A stretch of 63,993 nucleotides of DNA, counting the filler, from Basidiobolus ranarum (Eukaryota): the NCBI GenBank assembly GCA_040143965.1. It is 5 parts of 5 records of this genome, joined end to end, with 100 filler letters (N's around TTAATTAATTAA, not from the genome) between each part and the next. Parts side by side here need not be neighbours in the genome. Positions count along the whole stretch, not along the records: positions 1 to 12,779 come from JASJQH010007396.1; positions 12,880 to 25,654 come from JASJQH010007397.1; 3 more parts are not named here. The stretch is one strand, 5' to 3'. Made by a program: the position numbers and the translations under genes. Position 1 is the first letter of the stretch, and every line of letters starts with the position of its first letter. Under the pieces are notes generated by a model, which saw nothing but the letters and a program-made list of their open reading frames with translations, had not been told where the DNA came from and did no database searches. Positions 1 through 13,443 of this stretch are shown here, piece after piece.

Positions 1-3000
1 GAAACCATGGGTAAGGAAAACACCCAAGGGAGATCTTTGCAGTGCTGAAGACTGCAGACACATAAACCAGGTGTGATGCCAAGTATCTGGTATGCTCTAC
101 ACATCAAGTAGAGCTCAAGATGTACTAAAGACTGATCACAAAAGATCAAGTACCAAGAAAGGAGTAGAATAATGTATACTAAACAGAGAGCTTGCCAAAC
201 TCTAAAGACTGCTGACAAATCACAAAGGGTGGGGTTTCAAAAAATGATTGTATGGGAAATACTTGGTCTTAAGTGTGCATAATGCTAAGGAGAGTGGACA
301 AATGAGAAACAGCATGGTGCCAAGAGACTTTGGGTATGGATACACTTAATGCCGAGTTCATGCTATGCTCAAGACTAATGACAATCAATAACGGTACACA
401 TGTTATGGTGCCAATACACAATGGGTGTGGGAAGTGCTTAGAACAGTGGCCATGCCATCCAATAAGCTACCAGTAACTCACAATTGTATAGTTGCCTAAA
501 CATTTGATATATAGAGTCTAAATATTATGCACTGCTAAAGATAAAAAAATTGGTATGGAGTTAAGAAACAAGTTCAATGGGAAGAGCTTGAGTCAAGTCC
601 ACACAGCCCAAATGTCTACCAACAAATGACAAAATGTATGGCTCCATGAACAGACTGTGTGGCAAACACTTTAAGGAGATGATATAAAGTTCTAACAACT
701 GCTGGCAAAAGACCAATTGTATTGTGTCAAGACAAAATGTGGAAGAAACCACTTGAAGTAGAGTCTATCAGCAGTATAGATAGCTGACAAATGATGAAAA
801 TTGTATTGCTAGGTAACAATGAATATTAGTAATACTAAATGTAGAATCCAAGTAGTGCAAAAAGCTACTAAGCGGTGAGATTACAGATGGTGCTAAGTAA
901 CAATGACTATGGAAAGATCTTAAAGCAAAGTCAATGCAGTGCAAAACATGAGTGACCAGCCTTGAATAGTATGGTGCTAGGAAATTGGCAGTATAAGAAA
1001 ACTTATGCACAGTCCATGCTGTTTTGGTGACTAACCAGAAATAATGAAGGGTTTAGCAAAAACAGAGATCAGGTGGGTAAAAGACTCAAACAAGAGTCCT
1101 TGAAGTGCTAAAGACTGCTCTCCAATGACAAATGGCATGTTGACATGGAAAAATTGATACAGCTCCACTTAAAACACTGTCTAAGCAGCAATTAAGACAG
1201 TTGACTAATAACAAAAGGCATAGGTCAAAGGCACCAACTGATATAGAAAGCACCAAAATGAGAAGTTAAACACTGCTAGTGGCCATGGAGAAACAACAAC
1301 AGGAATGGTGCCAAACAACAATGAACATGCTAAGTGCTTTAAGGGGAGTCTAAGTAATGTTAACAACACTGATTAACTGCAGAAGACATGGTTAAAAGAC
1401 ATTAGTGGTATGGAAAATACCAAAAGGAGAGGTTACACATTGTTAAATAATACCATCAAGTACCTGAGGTATGTTGCCAAGTAATGTGCAAATTGGGCAG
1501 TACTAAAAGGAGAAATTATGCAATGCCAAAGTGAACTACTAAATATCAAAGACAAAGTGTCAAATTGTGAGCATTGTGGGAGGTACAAAAGGAGAGGTGA
1601 TGCAATTGCTCAGAATACCATGAAATAGCAAAAGGTATGGAAACACCGTAAGCCAGGGATAGTGCCAAAGAGTCCTATTAAATGACCCAAGTTAAAATGC
1701 CAAGAAACACTACGGGTGCTATGCAAGGTGCTAATAGAAGAGGCTATGCAGTGCTAAGACTACTGACAAACTACAAAAGATATGAAATAAAGAATATTGT
1801 GATATAGGTAAGGCCTAAAAGTGGAGGCTACACAATACTAAAGAATGCAGACCAACAACTCCAGGCATGATGCCTGCAAACAAGTGGTATGTTAAATACT
1901 ACAGACAGAGGCTACAGAGTGCTTACTGGCACTGTTAAACAACCAAAGATATGGTGCTGAGACCCAGGTGGTATGGTAAGCACAAAAAGGAGAGGCTGTG
2001 TAGTGCCAACAATAATTTAGAAATGACTGAAGTTTGTGTACTTAAACATGTGTGTAAATGAGTCCCTATGCAGTGCTAAAGAATATCATCAAATGATTGA
2101 AGGATTATAACCAAATATGGGGCTGTTGGACAAGGACTCAAAGCAGGGATAATGCAGTGGTAAGTACTGCTTGCAAACAATAAAATATATGGTGTAAGAA
2201 GTACATGGGCTTGAAGCCACAGAAAGCATATTCTATTTCAGTGGTAATACTGGCTGGCATTGAACAGAAGATAGGATACTAGGTACCAGATGATAAGGGA
2301 AGCACCAAAGAGAGAGCTTACATAGCAAAAAGACTGCTGCAAAAAACAGAAGGTATGGTGTTAGGAAAACAAGTATACAGGACATACACACAGGAGCATC
2401 TAAAACTTCCTAAAGATCACTGATAAGTGTTAAAAGGTACAATGAAAACAAAGAAAAATTTGGGAAATATTTGCTTGAGAATCTTTCAAATATGAAAAGT
2501 ACTACTGTGAAGCAAAATTGGTATGATGCCAAGTAAATGTAGGTATGTGACCTGCTAAAAATAGTGTTTATGCAGGGTCAAATACCACCATGATGATGGT
2601 TATTCATCTTAATATAAATTTGGTACATCAGCCATGATGGAAGTAAATAGAGATATATTATACATAGTTGTGTAAGCCACATAAAGAAAGCTTCAAAAGT
2701 ACTTAAGAACAGAGTTAAGTAACACCTGAAAACTACCAGTCAAAGCCAAGGTAGGTGATGCTAAGAAGCCTCTAGTGTAGCAATCACTTAATGTAGAGTC
2801 ATTGAAGTGTAAAAGACAACTAGTGAAAAGTGAGGGGAATAATGCCAAGGAGCAATCAATCTGGGAGATAATTAAGCAAAGTCAACAAATGAGAAAGACT
2901 AATCAACAACTACTAGTGCTAAAAATTGCTCAGATAGGGAACAATGTACCATAAACACTTGAGCAACCCAAGGACCAAGCAAAATAGTACACATATTTGA

Positions 3001-4290
3001 TGTTGAAATTCAACTAGTATAGCAAACACTTTAACAAGAATATGCAGGATGCTCAAGATTGCTATTAAATGATGAAAACTCAGTACTATGAAATAAGGGT
3101 ATGGGGAAAACTCATAAAAGCATAGGCAAATCGCTAAAGAAGAAGCACAATTAATCAAGGTCATATTGTTTAGAAATGACACAGATGGTGAGAGCCTAAG
3201 GAACAGAACAATGAGCACAAAAAGCATCAATAAGCACTTATTAGTATAGTAACAATAACCAATGATTGTTGAAAACTGTTTAAGCTGTATCTCTAATGAG
3301 CAGATAAGGTAACAAAAAATAACAGCCAGTTGTAATGGTCTGAGCATTTCTATAAAGTGCTATGGGGTGCCAACATATGATAACCTAATGTCTAATAACA
3401 ACCAATGAGGAGATGATGATATAAGCAATGGGCATTGGTATCACTCAAGTAACAATCAGCAGAGTCCCAAGAACTGGGAACATGCAACATAAGGTTTGAA
3501 CCAAGAGAGAACTATAATTAACACCATTAAGAAAAGTTCTCACTGTGCAAGGTATGATAGTCAAAAAAGGTTATTTTATTGATAGTGAGAGTTGTGAAGC
3601 AAGTAGTACATACTTATGAAAGAACAGCAGACTTAGGAAACATTGCAAAAGAGTCTATTAAGTGCTCAAAAATATTGCAAAGGGATAGATAAGGACTCAG
3701 AAAAGAACATATTGGAAATAAGAATTGCTAGGTTTTCATGTTCCTAAGCCTTTGGAAAAATTAGACAGGGTGTGGTACCTGCAAATAGTATGTGCCAGGA
3801 AACTTGCACTTTTTAATATACCATTAAGCAGAGTGTGGGCAGTGCAAGAAGCTACTAACAAATGATGAGGAGTATTATTTCAAAAGGCAGGTGGTGTGGG
3901 AAATGATGCCAATTTAATGATGCCAAGAAAATATCGTAAGGCAAAGCAACTGGTATGCATAACACCAAAACTAAGTCCATGCTGTTTTAAACACTATTGG
4001 TAAATCCAAAAAGGTTTGATGATAGAGAGCATGCAAAATGCCACTCTGAAGGTAGGGTCTAAGCAGTAGTAATGCTAATTGCAAATGCCTATAGTTATGG
4101 GCCTAAGAACATACTATATGCAGCACATCAAATTGATAGCTTGTGCAGTGCTACATAGTACTGACTGATTACAAAAGGTATGGTGCAAAGAAAATGCAAC
4201 ATGGGGCATGTTAAAGGGAATATATTACAATGAAATATGATATTGCATAGTGAGTATTGATATAGATTGTCAGGAATTGCAGCACAGCTA
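1..4290. repeat. Highly degenerate ~80-85 bp tandem array, purine-rich on the + strand, CpG-depleted
   Basis: A recurring core like GGTATGGGAAA...GAGGCTATGCAGTGCTAAAGACTGCTGACAAA...GGTATGGTGCCAAG, with AAGACT-like anchors at ~48, 128, 205, 287, 371, 1111, 1194, 1756, 1841 and 2330. No long ORF; right boundary approximate. Confidence 0.7.
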
Positions 4291-6727
4291 TATACAACTT
4301 GACATGCCTTACCAAATGGCCATACTTTATTCATATCTGCCACCAGCCATACTTTCAGCTGTATCCCCACAATCTGAATGGGGGCATGTTTTCCAAACAT
4401 AACAAACATGCTAATACTGCCTTGACTCAATTTCACTTAAGAATTTTTCTTTATGCAATACCATACTCTGCTACTGTAGGACTAGGTGTAGCAAGTTAGT
4501 CTTTTAGATCAAGCAAACTGTTACTTGTGCCCTGTCTCCTTAGTAATTTGGTGTACACAGTTTGTGAATCAGAGATTTGCTAAAATCTTCAAACAATGTC
4601 CTGACATATTCAAAAACCAATATGGAGCACAAAGAGAATATACTCAACATTCTTGAATAGATACTGCAAGAATGGTTATATGTAAGGAGTAAGTACATCA
4701 GTAATAGAGATAGCAAGTATGGTATATGTCTAATTTTTAACAACTTTGTAACTTAACCGGGAAGTTTGAAGAATAAAAAGCATCTTGCTCAGTTATACAA
4801 TGTTTATTTCAACATTCACAACTGGCATCAAGCAAGGCATAGCCTGATCAAACAATCACTGTGCAAGTAACTTTATTTGAAACCTATTTATCAACATTTT
4901 TCATCCGGGTAAATAATCAATCTCTAGTTAAATTAGTACAGCTATTAATGCAGTTATCAAAGGATCCTGATGATCAGATCAATTCCAATTTTGTGGAAAT
5001 ACCAAGCATGAATCAGCACTAATTGATAACTTCAATTTCATGCTCATCAGATAGGCTGCCAACTAAGAGTGGTGATGAGGAATGTATAGACTACAAATAC
5101 TGTACACTTAGTCATTGCACTTGCAGTGACTCATTCTATAGCGTTAGCATGACATTAGTCTGGAGAATGCTAAATTCATTGATAACAATGAGCAATCATT
5201 TAATAAAGTTATCATAGATATAACAATAACAATTTAGTAGCAGCATACAAAGACTGATAACAACTATCACATATAACTACTTGATAATTACCAGAGTCAA
5301 GTCAAGTTCTTTCCCGAGTTGTATTAACTGGAAGATGAGTATTTTGATGACAAAACCTGTTCAATAGCCTCTGTTAGGGCAATATAGTAATTAAAGTGAA
5401 ATAACACTATGTATAGTATTTTTAGCTTATATGAGGAAGTGTCATCTCATACAAGCAACACCTGATGATAAATTCTACTCAAGAGCTGTTATAAAGACAA
5501 AAGTATAGAAGAGACAATACCTTACCTCTGGATATTGTGTACTTGAATAACTCATATCTATTATGGTAAAGCCAAACACATCGAATTAAAATTAAGTCCT
5601 GCAATCTAGCCACTACAAATGCTGGTTTCCTGCATTGCAAAGAAATATTTCCAAAAGTAGCATATCACCCCTGTCTCCAATCACTTCTAACTCTATCACT
5701 TGTAAGCTAGCATTGAAAACGATGTTACTTGAACCTTGCTTCTAATTCCTCTTGTACTTCTCATTTGTTGTGCAATTTCCCATTCCTGTTGATATATGTC
5801 AGGCCACTGTAGAGACTATGTTCATATCATCAACTTGTACTCCCTGTGCAGCTTTCAGCTCAATAGAAATTACATAGTTATTACTTGTTAGTATTACTTT
5901 ACCTTTCTTTTTTCTTCATTGTACCTTGATAAAATGGGATCAGTCTGTGAACTATAAATTATAGGCCATGACAATTAAAACTTCACATCATATGATAAAA
6001 ACTTGATGCTTCTTTATTTTGTATCTCTCATTTCTTATCACTGCAGTTTTTGTTGGCAGGTCTTGACATGATACCTATTGTTAAATTTTAGCACTTAAAG
6101 AGTTGTATAAACTTAACATGTAGCAAATCCCATATCTCCTGTGTCTTGAGACTCTACTCCTTGCCATTTTTTTGATATTTTGTGTATCACATGCTTATAA
6201 CATATACAGATTTCCATTGCTTGAACTTATCAAAACCATACCTCTTCTCAATCATAACTAGCCCTAAGTCTTAGACTTCACAAACCCTGCATCTTGATTT
6301 TTCCATATCTGTTATATATTTGCATCCAATGTATTACAAATTCTCAGTACTTTACAAGCAATGGGTTAGCCTTCCCATTTTTCTCACTTCTTGGTAACTG
6401 TATTTATGGCTTAGGCTTATTCTGGTACTAACCTGCTATTACATGATACCCTTCTATATCTTGGCACTCTTGGCATTTTATGGTTATAGATTCCAGCCAT
6501 TCCAAATAAGTGGATTCTATGCTTCATAGCTTGCATAAAACTGAAAGGACTAAATGCTATACTAAGAAAGCTTCTAGCTTCTTTAGTTTCCCCACATGGC
6601 TGAATTATATGCTTCTTAACCTGTGGTAGCACCCATACTGAGCTATTGCTTATTTTCATATCTATCTGGTGAAGATAGTATGCCACTTCTAAACTTGAAT
6701 ACTTGACAGCTCTTGTGATATCTGTAT

Positions 6728-6793
6728 GATTCTTTGGTAGTAAGATTCTAACACATTATAGATTCTTTGGTAGTAAGATTCTAACACATTATA
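6728..6793. repeat. Perfect 33-bp tandem duplication
   Basis: GATTCTTTGGTAGTAAGATTCTAACACATTATA at 6728-6760 and again at 6761-6793. Confidence 0.95.
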
Positions 6794-9399
6794 ATGGTAT
6801 GGCACTGCAATCAGCTGATACACATTGGGGTGGCACAGTCAATCAGTTTGTGTATCTGATAGATGCAAAGGGGTAGGATAATATGTTCTTGCAAGGCTCA
6901 TGTCCATAAGATGTTTCAAGTCACCAACTATGACTAACTACCAGAAAGGCTTATGACTGCTGCCCAATACAGATTGATATGAAGATAACTGATAACTAAA
7001 GGTACTGATAAACCTAACATAACTATCTTAGAAATATTGAATAACCTAATTAATACTTAAACTGCTATGCTTAGTGAGCATGGCAAGTCATTGTCTCTCC
7101 TTCAGTATTAGACTCTGATCCCTCAGCTTTGATGAATTCTGCTAGCTATTTATAGACCTTGCAGTTGACTATCCTCTATTTTGTAAAGAGTGTCATCATA
7201 TATAGATTCAATTTGCATAAATTAAGGAACTTGCAAACTTGTTATCTAATCACTCCTTACTCTGCAATATCCTGGTAATTCAATGATCTGGCTGTGTGTA
7301 TATAAAGTGTTGAGTGTCCTGAGCACATAAAGCTTATCTGTTATAGTTTACATACTAACTTGAGGGCCTGGCTTTTGGCTCCTTATATATTCTTTTTGTT
7401 TATGTTTTGATGTTTTTAATTACACTCATTTGAGACATTGCTTAGACTAGTACTACATATATTCCTATTGTATACCTCCTAGTTATGGCAAGATAGAACA
7501 GGACATTTGACTAACTCTTTTACAAGGATTTCATAGCATCATAACTCTTTTCCCAGTAAACTGTCCTGGTAGTGTGTAGACTAGGCTTTTGGCTCATTAG
7601 ATAGCTTTGATCACTGAGTGCTACACTTTTCACATACCTTATAATTAGTCCATTCACTACATGTGTCTTGCTTTTGATGATTTTATTATAACTCCTGTCA
7701 TGGCCCTAAATTTTTTCTATAGTTAACCTGCCAATTGAACATCCCAACCTGCTTACAACATGCCAGTATTCATTGGGTCAAGTAGCTTCTACAAGTACTC
7801 CTTGTGAATTAACATTTAATATTTCCCCTAGCATATATCTTTTGGCACATGAACTGGAGTCATGTGTTCACATTGGCTCCTCTCCAGGCTTGCATGTTTA
7901 TGGCAGTAAATGCTTAGTATATCACATTTTTGAGCACTGCAAAATGGTTGAAAATAATTGTTCTAATATCACTCATATGCAGATTTAATACAATATGATT
8001 GGTCATCACAATAAATGTACTGTGCTTTGGGTCATTTTGAGCCTCTAATATCTGGCCCATATATATTTTGTTACATAATGCTAAAATGGCCGCCTCATAC
8101 TTCTTGTACACTGCATTACCTAAACCAATGGGATTTGTGATTGATGTTGGCATTTCAATAACTAAATTTTTGGTTATTCAAACATTACATATTTCAAGTT
8201 AATTTATTTGTTGCCAGCCATTGCTAGGCTCAAGTATATATTGTTTTAACATTGAAAACACCAGCAATTTTAATTTTCTAATTTCATAGTCCTCATTAAC
8301 TCTCACCAGTATTTACACCATGTGATTTGACTTGTGTTTTTATTCAAGCCTTTCCTAAATTAGTATGCATTCCATTTTAGTTGCCTAATCTGTATCATTT
8401 TGGTGATACAACATTGAGGACATTCCTTTATGTTTTATTGGGCTACCATGCTGCTTTTAAAGTGGAAGAACAGGATGTGGCAACCACAATTTCTCTTTGC
8501 ATACTTAGCTTCAATGTAAACCTCATATTCAGAGGCTTACTGCAAATTCTATTTGCCAGCTCAGTTGCTGCAAGAATTTCTTGACTGTATTTATTTTTCA
8601 TCTTCTAACACAGAGAAAGCTCTCCTACCAGTTGTTTAAAGTTCTTGTCAAAAAGAAGAATAAAGAAAGAGGCATGGCTATGAACTTAAATACAGCCATG
8701 ACTTTCACAACTCATTTTTTAGTTTCAATAATTGCATGAATGAATATAACATGTTATTTCAAAAATCTAAGTATAAGCTAACCACCTTGTTTATTCACAC
8801 TATAAGCACTATCACAGCAGGGATAAGAATATGTGCAAAACATCCAATTCATAAGCCTTATCTAGGTCAAATACACTTCTTGTACATGAAAAATCTGTTG
8901 AATCCATGTTTATTCACATAAATTGGACTGAGGCAATGGCTGTTCAACTCAGCTCCATTGCAGTACCTTGGAATAGCAGTGCTTTAGTCTACAAACACTT
9001 TATAGTATGCCAAACAAGTCAGAGAGACTCACAACTGCTTCATAGTCAAGTGTGGAGGCTTTGACACTACAATATTAAGGTCTCAGGTATTTCATGAGCA
9101 ATAATGGAGTTTGAACTCTCAGTAAAATACTGAACATCAAATATTCAAAAGTGCCTATAATGCATATGCATTTTGTTGACACAGTGATATAAGCTATCAT
9201 GTTTGATAAAAATTCAGGCTATTTTGCAAAATAAAGCTGAATTAATGGATCCAAAGTTACATTGTTTCAAGCTTATGAATGCAAAGTAAAATAAAAATAC
9301 ATACAACCAGTTTTATGGGAAACAAAACAGATGGCTGTTTTAAGGCCCTCTATAGATTAAGGTTATTTGTAGCAATATCTTAAATTGTATCTCACTTAT

Positions 9400-12150
9400 G
9401 TAAGCTCACAAAAATATTTCAGTACCCTGTAGATAGTGCTGTATGCTGTTTATCATTGATTAAATAAAGGGGACTTTGGTATTGCTTCACATTTGAAACT
9501 CTAAAGTATGAGGTGTGTTCAAACAACTCTACTCAAAGATGTAGAAAGAAGCAGTGAAAGCATCAGTGATGCTGTTAAAGAAGCATAATACTGCACTTAT
9601 ACTGACCAAGTAGTGAGATATTCCAATAGCCCCCTAGCAGCAATGTGAGGAGTAATGTTTTATGGTTGAAAGTCAGGATACTACTGTTGGGCTGAATTTA
9701 TTTCCAACAAAGTCAATATCAAAGTGACACTCTATAAGATTACAACTCAACATAATCTCTCTAAGGTTTATATCAGTCAAATCAAATGTCAAACTTCTTT
9801 GGACTTCTATGTGCACCATTTGTTGTCACATTTCAGCCTTAAAGACTTGATAGTAGGAACTTAAACAGGAGTAAAGGCTTACTTAGTAGCTGCTGTGCAA
9901 GATCTTAAGCTAAGAAGGTATCTGATGTATGGAATCAGATGTCATAAATGTTGCGGATATATTTACAAAAAATGACTGTTTTCACTTTCTGTATTAATTT
10001 AAAATGCAGTTAACCCAGTCCACATGGCTCTGAACTGATATACCAAACTCCTGCTTGGTCTTGACCTGATATAATTACAAGTCTTGTGTAACTTACCTTG
10101 TAAGATATTTCTGGATCAAAAAGTTCACTTAAAAGGAGAAATTGATCTAGAAAGTAGCTATAATGTGGCATGGTGATTAGTGTTCTTAGATGCTATTTGT
10201 TGACATTCCCCCAACTCTTGATCAGACCCTCTAGTACCTAGAATTTAATTTTGAGGTACTGGCTGAATAGCTTTCTGCAGTGCAAGAGAACAAATGACAT
10301 TCTGTCTATGTCAACAAAAGTTGAACCTATCAATCAATCAAGCAAAGTTTCACAAACCCATGATTTATTCATAACTAATCCACACAGTTTATAGTGTAGT
10401 GTCCTGGCACAGTGGTACATGTTGAACCTGAATATATAAGGATTCTGAATACACAGAACTTGCAGTGTTATGATAAAGCCTACTAAGCAACGGTACTGAT
10501 ACCAAAAAAGCAAAGTTCAAGGATATATTATCTAGATAGTGGAGCTATGAAATAGAAATTGCAAAAAGCCTTCAAAAGTGGGGTTTGGGAGAGTCTATGC
10601 TGAGGCATATGAAATTGCATTGCTAGGGAAGTGACTGACAGACTAAGGATACATTCAATAAGGTGCTATTGTTTTGTTTAAGACAATTGAAGTATTATTT
10701 TGTTGGCTGAAAAGAATATGCTTCACATTGATAACTCACATTCTGGCCAAACCTTAATCTAAAGCATCATTGGAATTATCAACAAAGGGCTTAGCTCAAG
10801 AAAATACAAAGTAGTTATTTGAGTACAAAAGCTGAAATCAAGAAAATAGAAACTCATTTCATTGGAGTTTGGTTATTAATATATGATGGTTAAGCACTGA
10901 ATTTGAAGATATTGCAACACTGATACTTATATTGGCAGACCAGATGACTGATTGTTCTTATATTATTTACCAGTCTGACTGTTGCATCAAATTGTAATGA
11001 CAATTTATTAACTTGGCAGAGTGAGCAGTTGTAAACACAAGGCTTACAAAAACAATCTGGTCAGGTAATTTTTGGCCAAGTACACAGATATTTTAAAGTG
11101 GCTTTGTGATGACTGGGTTATGATCACTTTTACCTGATTCATTTTGACTTTATATTGGCAAATAGTGTTGCTACTAACTAATTCTATTTGCTATCTACAA
11201 GGCAAATAACTACTGTATCTGCAGATATACATTGAGGTAAAATACTCTTTACTGAAAGAAATAGATTTAGCATATTAAAGGTAACACTTCCACTGCTGCC
11301 TTTAGCAAGCTCTAACAGGCAACTAATTTATCTCTCAGCTAACCACAGCCTACATTCATCCTTTATGCCAATAACACTTATTATGTTAGTGTGGCAAAGA
11401 CCTACTATACTCAACAATACTTTACTACATCCCTTGATGAGTAGCATTGCTTGAATACAATGCTGTAAAAGAGTGTATTAAAGTATTAATCACAGAAAAG
11501 CCTTTGAATTTTTTTATGTGACTATGCTTGCTGCATGGAAAGCAGTGTGTTAAAAGCAGCAATATATTCCAAACGCTATATATAACTAGTGACCTTGACA
11601 TTACTGGTGAATATTTGACAGCTAAAGCTGATTAGCATAGCAAATTGTACACATGGCTAGGAAAAGGAATGTCAGACCTTCTTCTGATTACCACTTTTGC
11701 AGGGAATTTTCCAAAAAACTTACAGGTCCTTCTCCAAACTATTGCTCTATAATCAACCTTATAGAGGAGGTTGGTACTAGCTTACTAGTTCTTGCCAATG
11801 TTGATGGAAAGTACTCAAACTAAGTTTGAAGAAATAAATTGCCTAAGTTGCAAACTCCAACTAATAATACTTTGCAAGCTGTGATGGAAAGTAAGCAGCT
11901 GCATGTTGTTGGTGCCCCCTATTTATTGCCTCTATCAAAGTACAAACCATATTACTACTGGACTTTTGTATATTTGTATATGCTTTTCCTGCCTAAATCA
12001 ATATTTAAGCTCAAGCCAGGTTGAGCTGTAACATCATCTAAAAAAACACTGGTGATGGTAATGCACAGGTATAATGTTGTATAGACAGACATGGTTGGTC
12101 AAACATTTCACCAATGCTAGTTGCAGTCTGATTCAGCATGATAGCCTACA
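9400..12150 (+). mobile_element. Decayed DUF6589-like (putative transposase) relic
   Basis: Collinear motif remnants: LADQMT (10932-10949, cf. GDQLT), FLCDY..ME (cf. FLRD), VKSSNIFQ (11549-11572, restoring to VKSGDIFR if CpG>CpA changes are reversed, cf. AIKxGDIGR), and LANVDGK..FEEIN (from 11791, cf. LVNxxG..F...D). Many stops and frameshifts; ends approximate; family recognised from memory of motifs. Confidence 0.45.
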
Positions 12151-12779
12151 TGGTGTTAAGGATATAAATTCACAGATGATGTAAGAATACTTCATATTGT
12201 TGAGAACCCAAGAGATCATCAGTGAGGCCATTATTCACTTAAAGGATATACATGACTGCATTACCTAAATACCAGAATGTTTGCAATATTCACTGATAAC
12301 TAATAGCACTTTAACTCCATACTTTTCATTATGAACTCACTTACTCTTGAACTTTAAAACAATCAGTTAGACCTATAATTTGCACATGTTTACTTCTTTA
12401 AGCTTTTACTATGAATAATTTCATATCACTAATCACAAACTTATCTCCTGTCATAGTGCCAGATTTTACTCTATATATTTTATTAGATAAGGTAATCTAT
12501 TTATGCAGCTCATTATTGAAAAGCAAATGTTATCTTAAAACTGGTACTGAGGGTTTACATGTATAAGCTAAGTTTAGTCGCACAAAGTTTAGTGACAGAG
12601 ACTTACTTTATTTCACTCTAGATTGCTTGAGCTGAATATTTATCTCCATATTTGCAGAGACCCAAAGGGCTATCTCACTATAAAATGAATATATAGACAT
12701 ATTGCTAGTTAAAAGACCACTCAGAAATCTTACAATTGAACTTTACAAGGGTATTTTGGCAATAAAAACAAAGAGCTTC

Positions 12780-12879
12780 NNNNNNNNNNNNNNNNNNNNN
12801 NNNNNNNNNNNNNNNNNNNNNNNTTAATTAATTAANNNNNNNNNNNNNNNNNNNNNNNNNNNNNNNNNNNNNNNNNNNN
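12780..12879. other. Artificial contig linker N44-TTAATTAATTAA-N44
   Basis: 100-bp spacer with stops in all six frames, identical at four places. Confidence 0.98.
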
Positions 12880-13443
12880 CCCCCCCCCCCCCCGGGGGGC
12901 GGGGGGCGAAGAGTTTCATGTCATTTGGGAAAAGCTTCCATAACCTTGGCTCATCATGTTAACTGTAACAAATTTGAATTGACTTCGCTTGACCATGTAT
13001 ATGTTAGAAATGAATTTACTGAACAATAGATTTAGGTCAAGTAATATATAAAAGTTACATATGATAACTGAAAGAGATGGATTATTGTTTAAAGAGATAA
13101 TTTAGAACCACAAGCCCAGCTTAATACATGAAAAGCATAATCGACAGACGACAAATAAACCGTCCTTTATGAAGAGAAAGGAAAATTAATCTCACAAACA
13201 CCGGTAATTCATTTTAGCTAGTCCTGGTCTTACCCAAAGGGTGGAAGGATATGACAGCAGCTGAGAATAGGTTCTTCTACATGAACACACAAAAAAGAGC
13301 GTTGTAATCAACAGGATGGGTCGGTTGGTATTACCAGTAGGAAATCGCACAGATGTGATTACAAACCAAACCAGAAAGAGTCGCAGGAACATATATCTAC
13401 TCGAGTAAGCAAAGGAAGAGATACAACTCTTCGCTATTCAGCC

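Noticed and set aside
1-4290. CRISPR-like repeat-spacer array
   Set aside because: No identical repeats with unique spacers, divergence is spread across the unit, eukaryotic context, no cas genes.
5500-8600. Possible minus-strand retroelement pol relic (IYI-DD-like at ~7190-7207, KEARSFL at ~6570-6590)
   Set aside because: Needs a frameshift inside the motif, and motif spacing does not fit Ty3/gypsy; too degraded to call.
561-12024. Short ORFs listed in contig 1
   Set aside because: No domains, many non-ATG starts, and located in decayed CpG-free repeat DNA; consistent with chance ORFs.
12824-12835. TTAATTAATTAA repeated every ~12.8 kb as a biological repeat or PacI site array
   Set aside because: Always centred in exactly 44+44 Ns; it is a six-frame-stop assembly linker.
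12880-12907. C-run/G-run as a G-quadruplex or hairpin
   Set aside because: Sits at the very edge of a contig, typical of low-quality end sequence.
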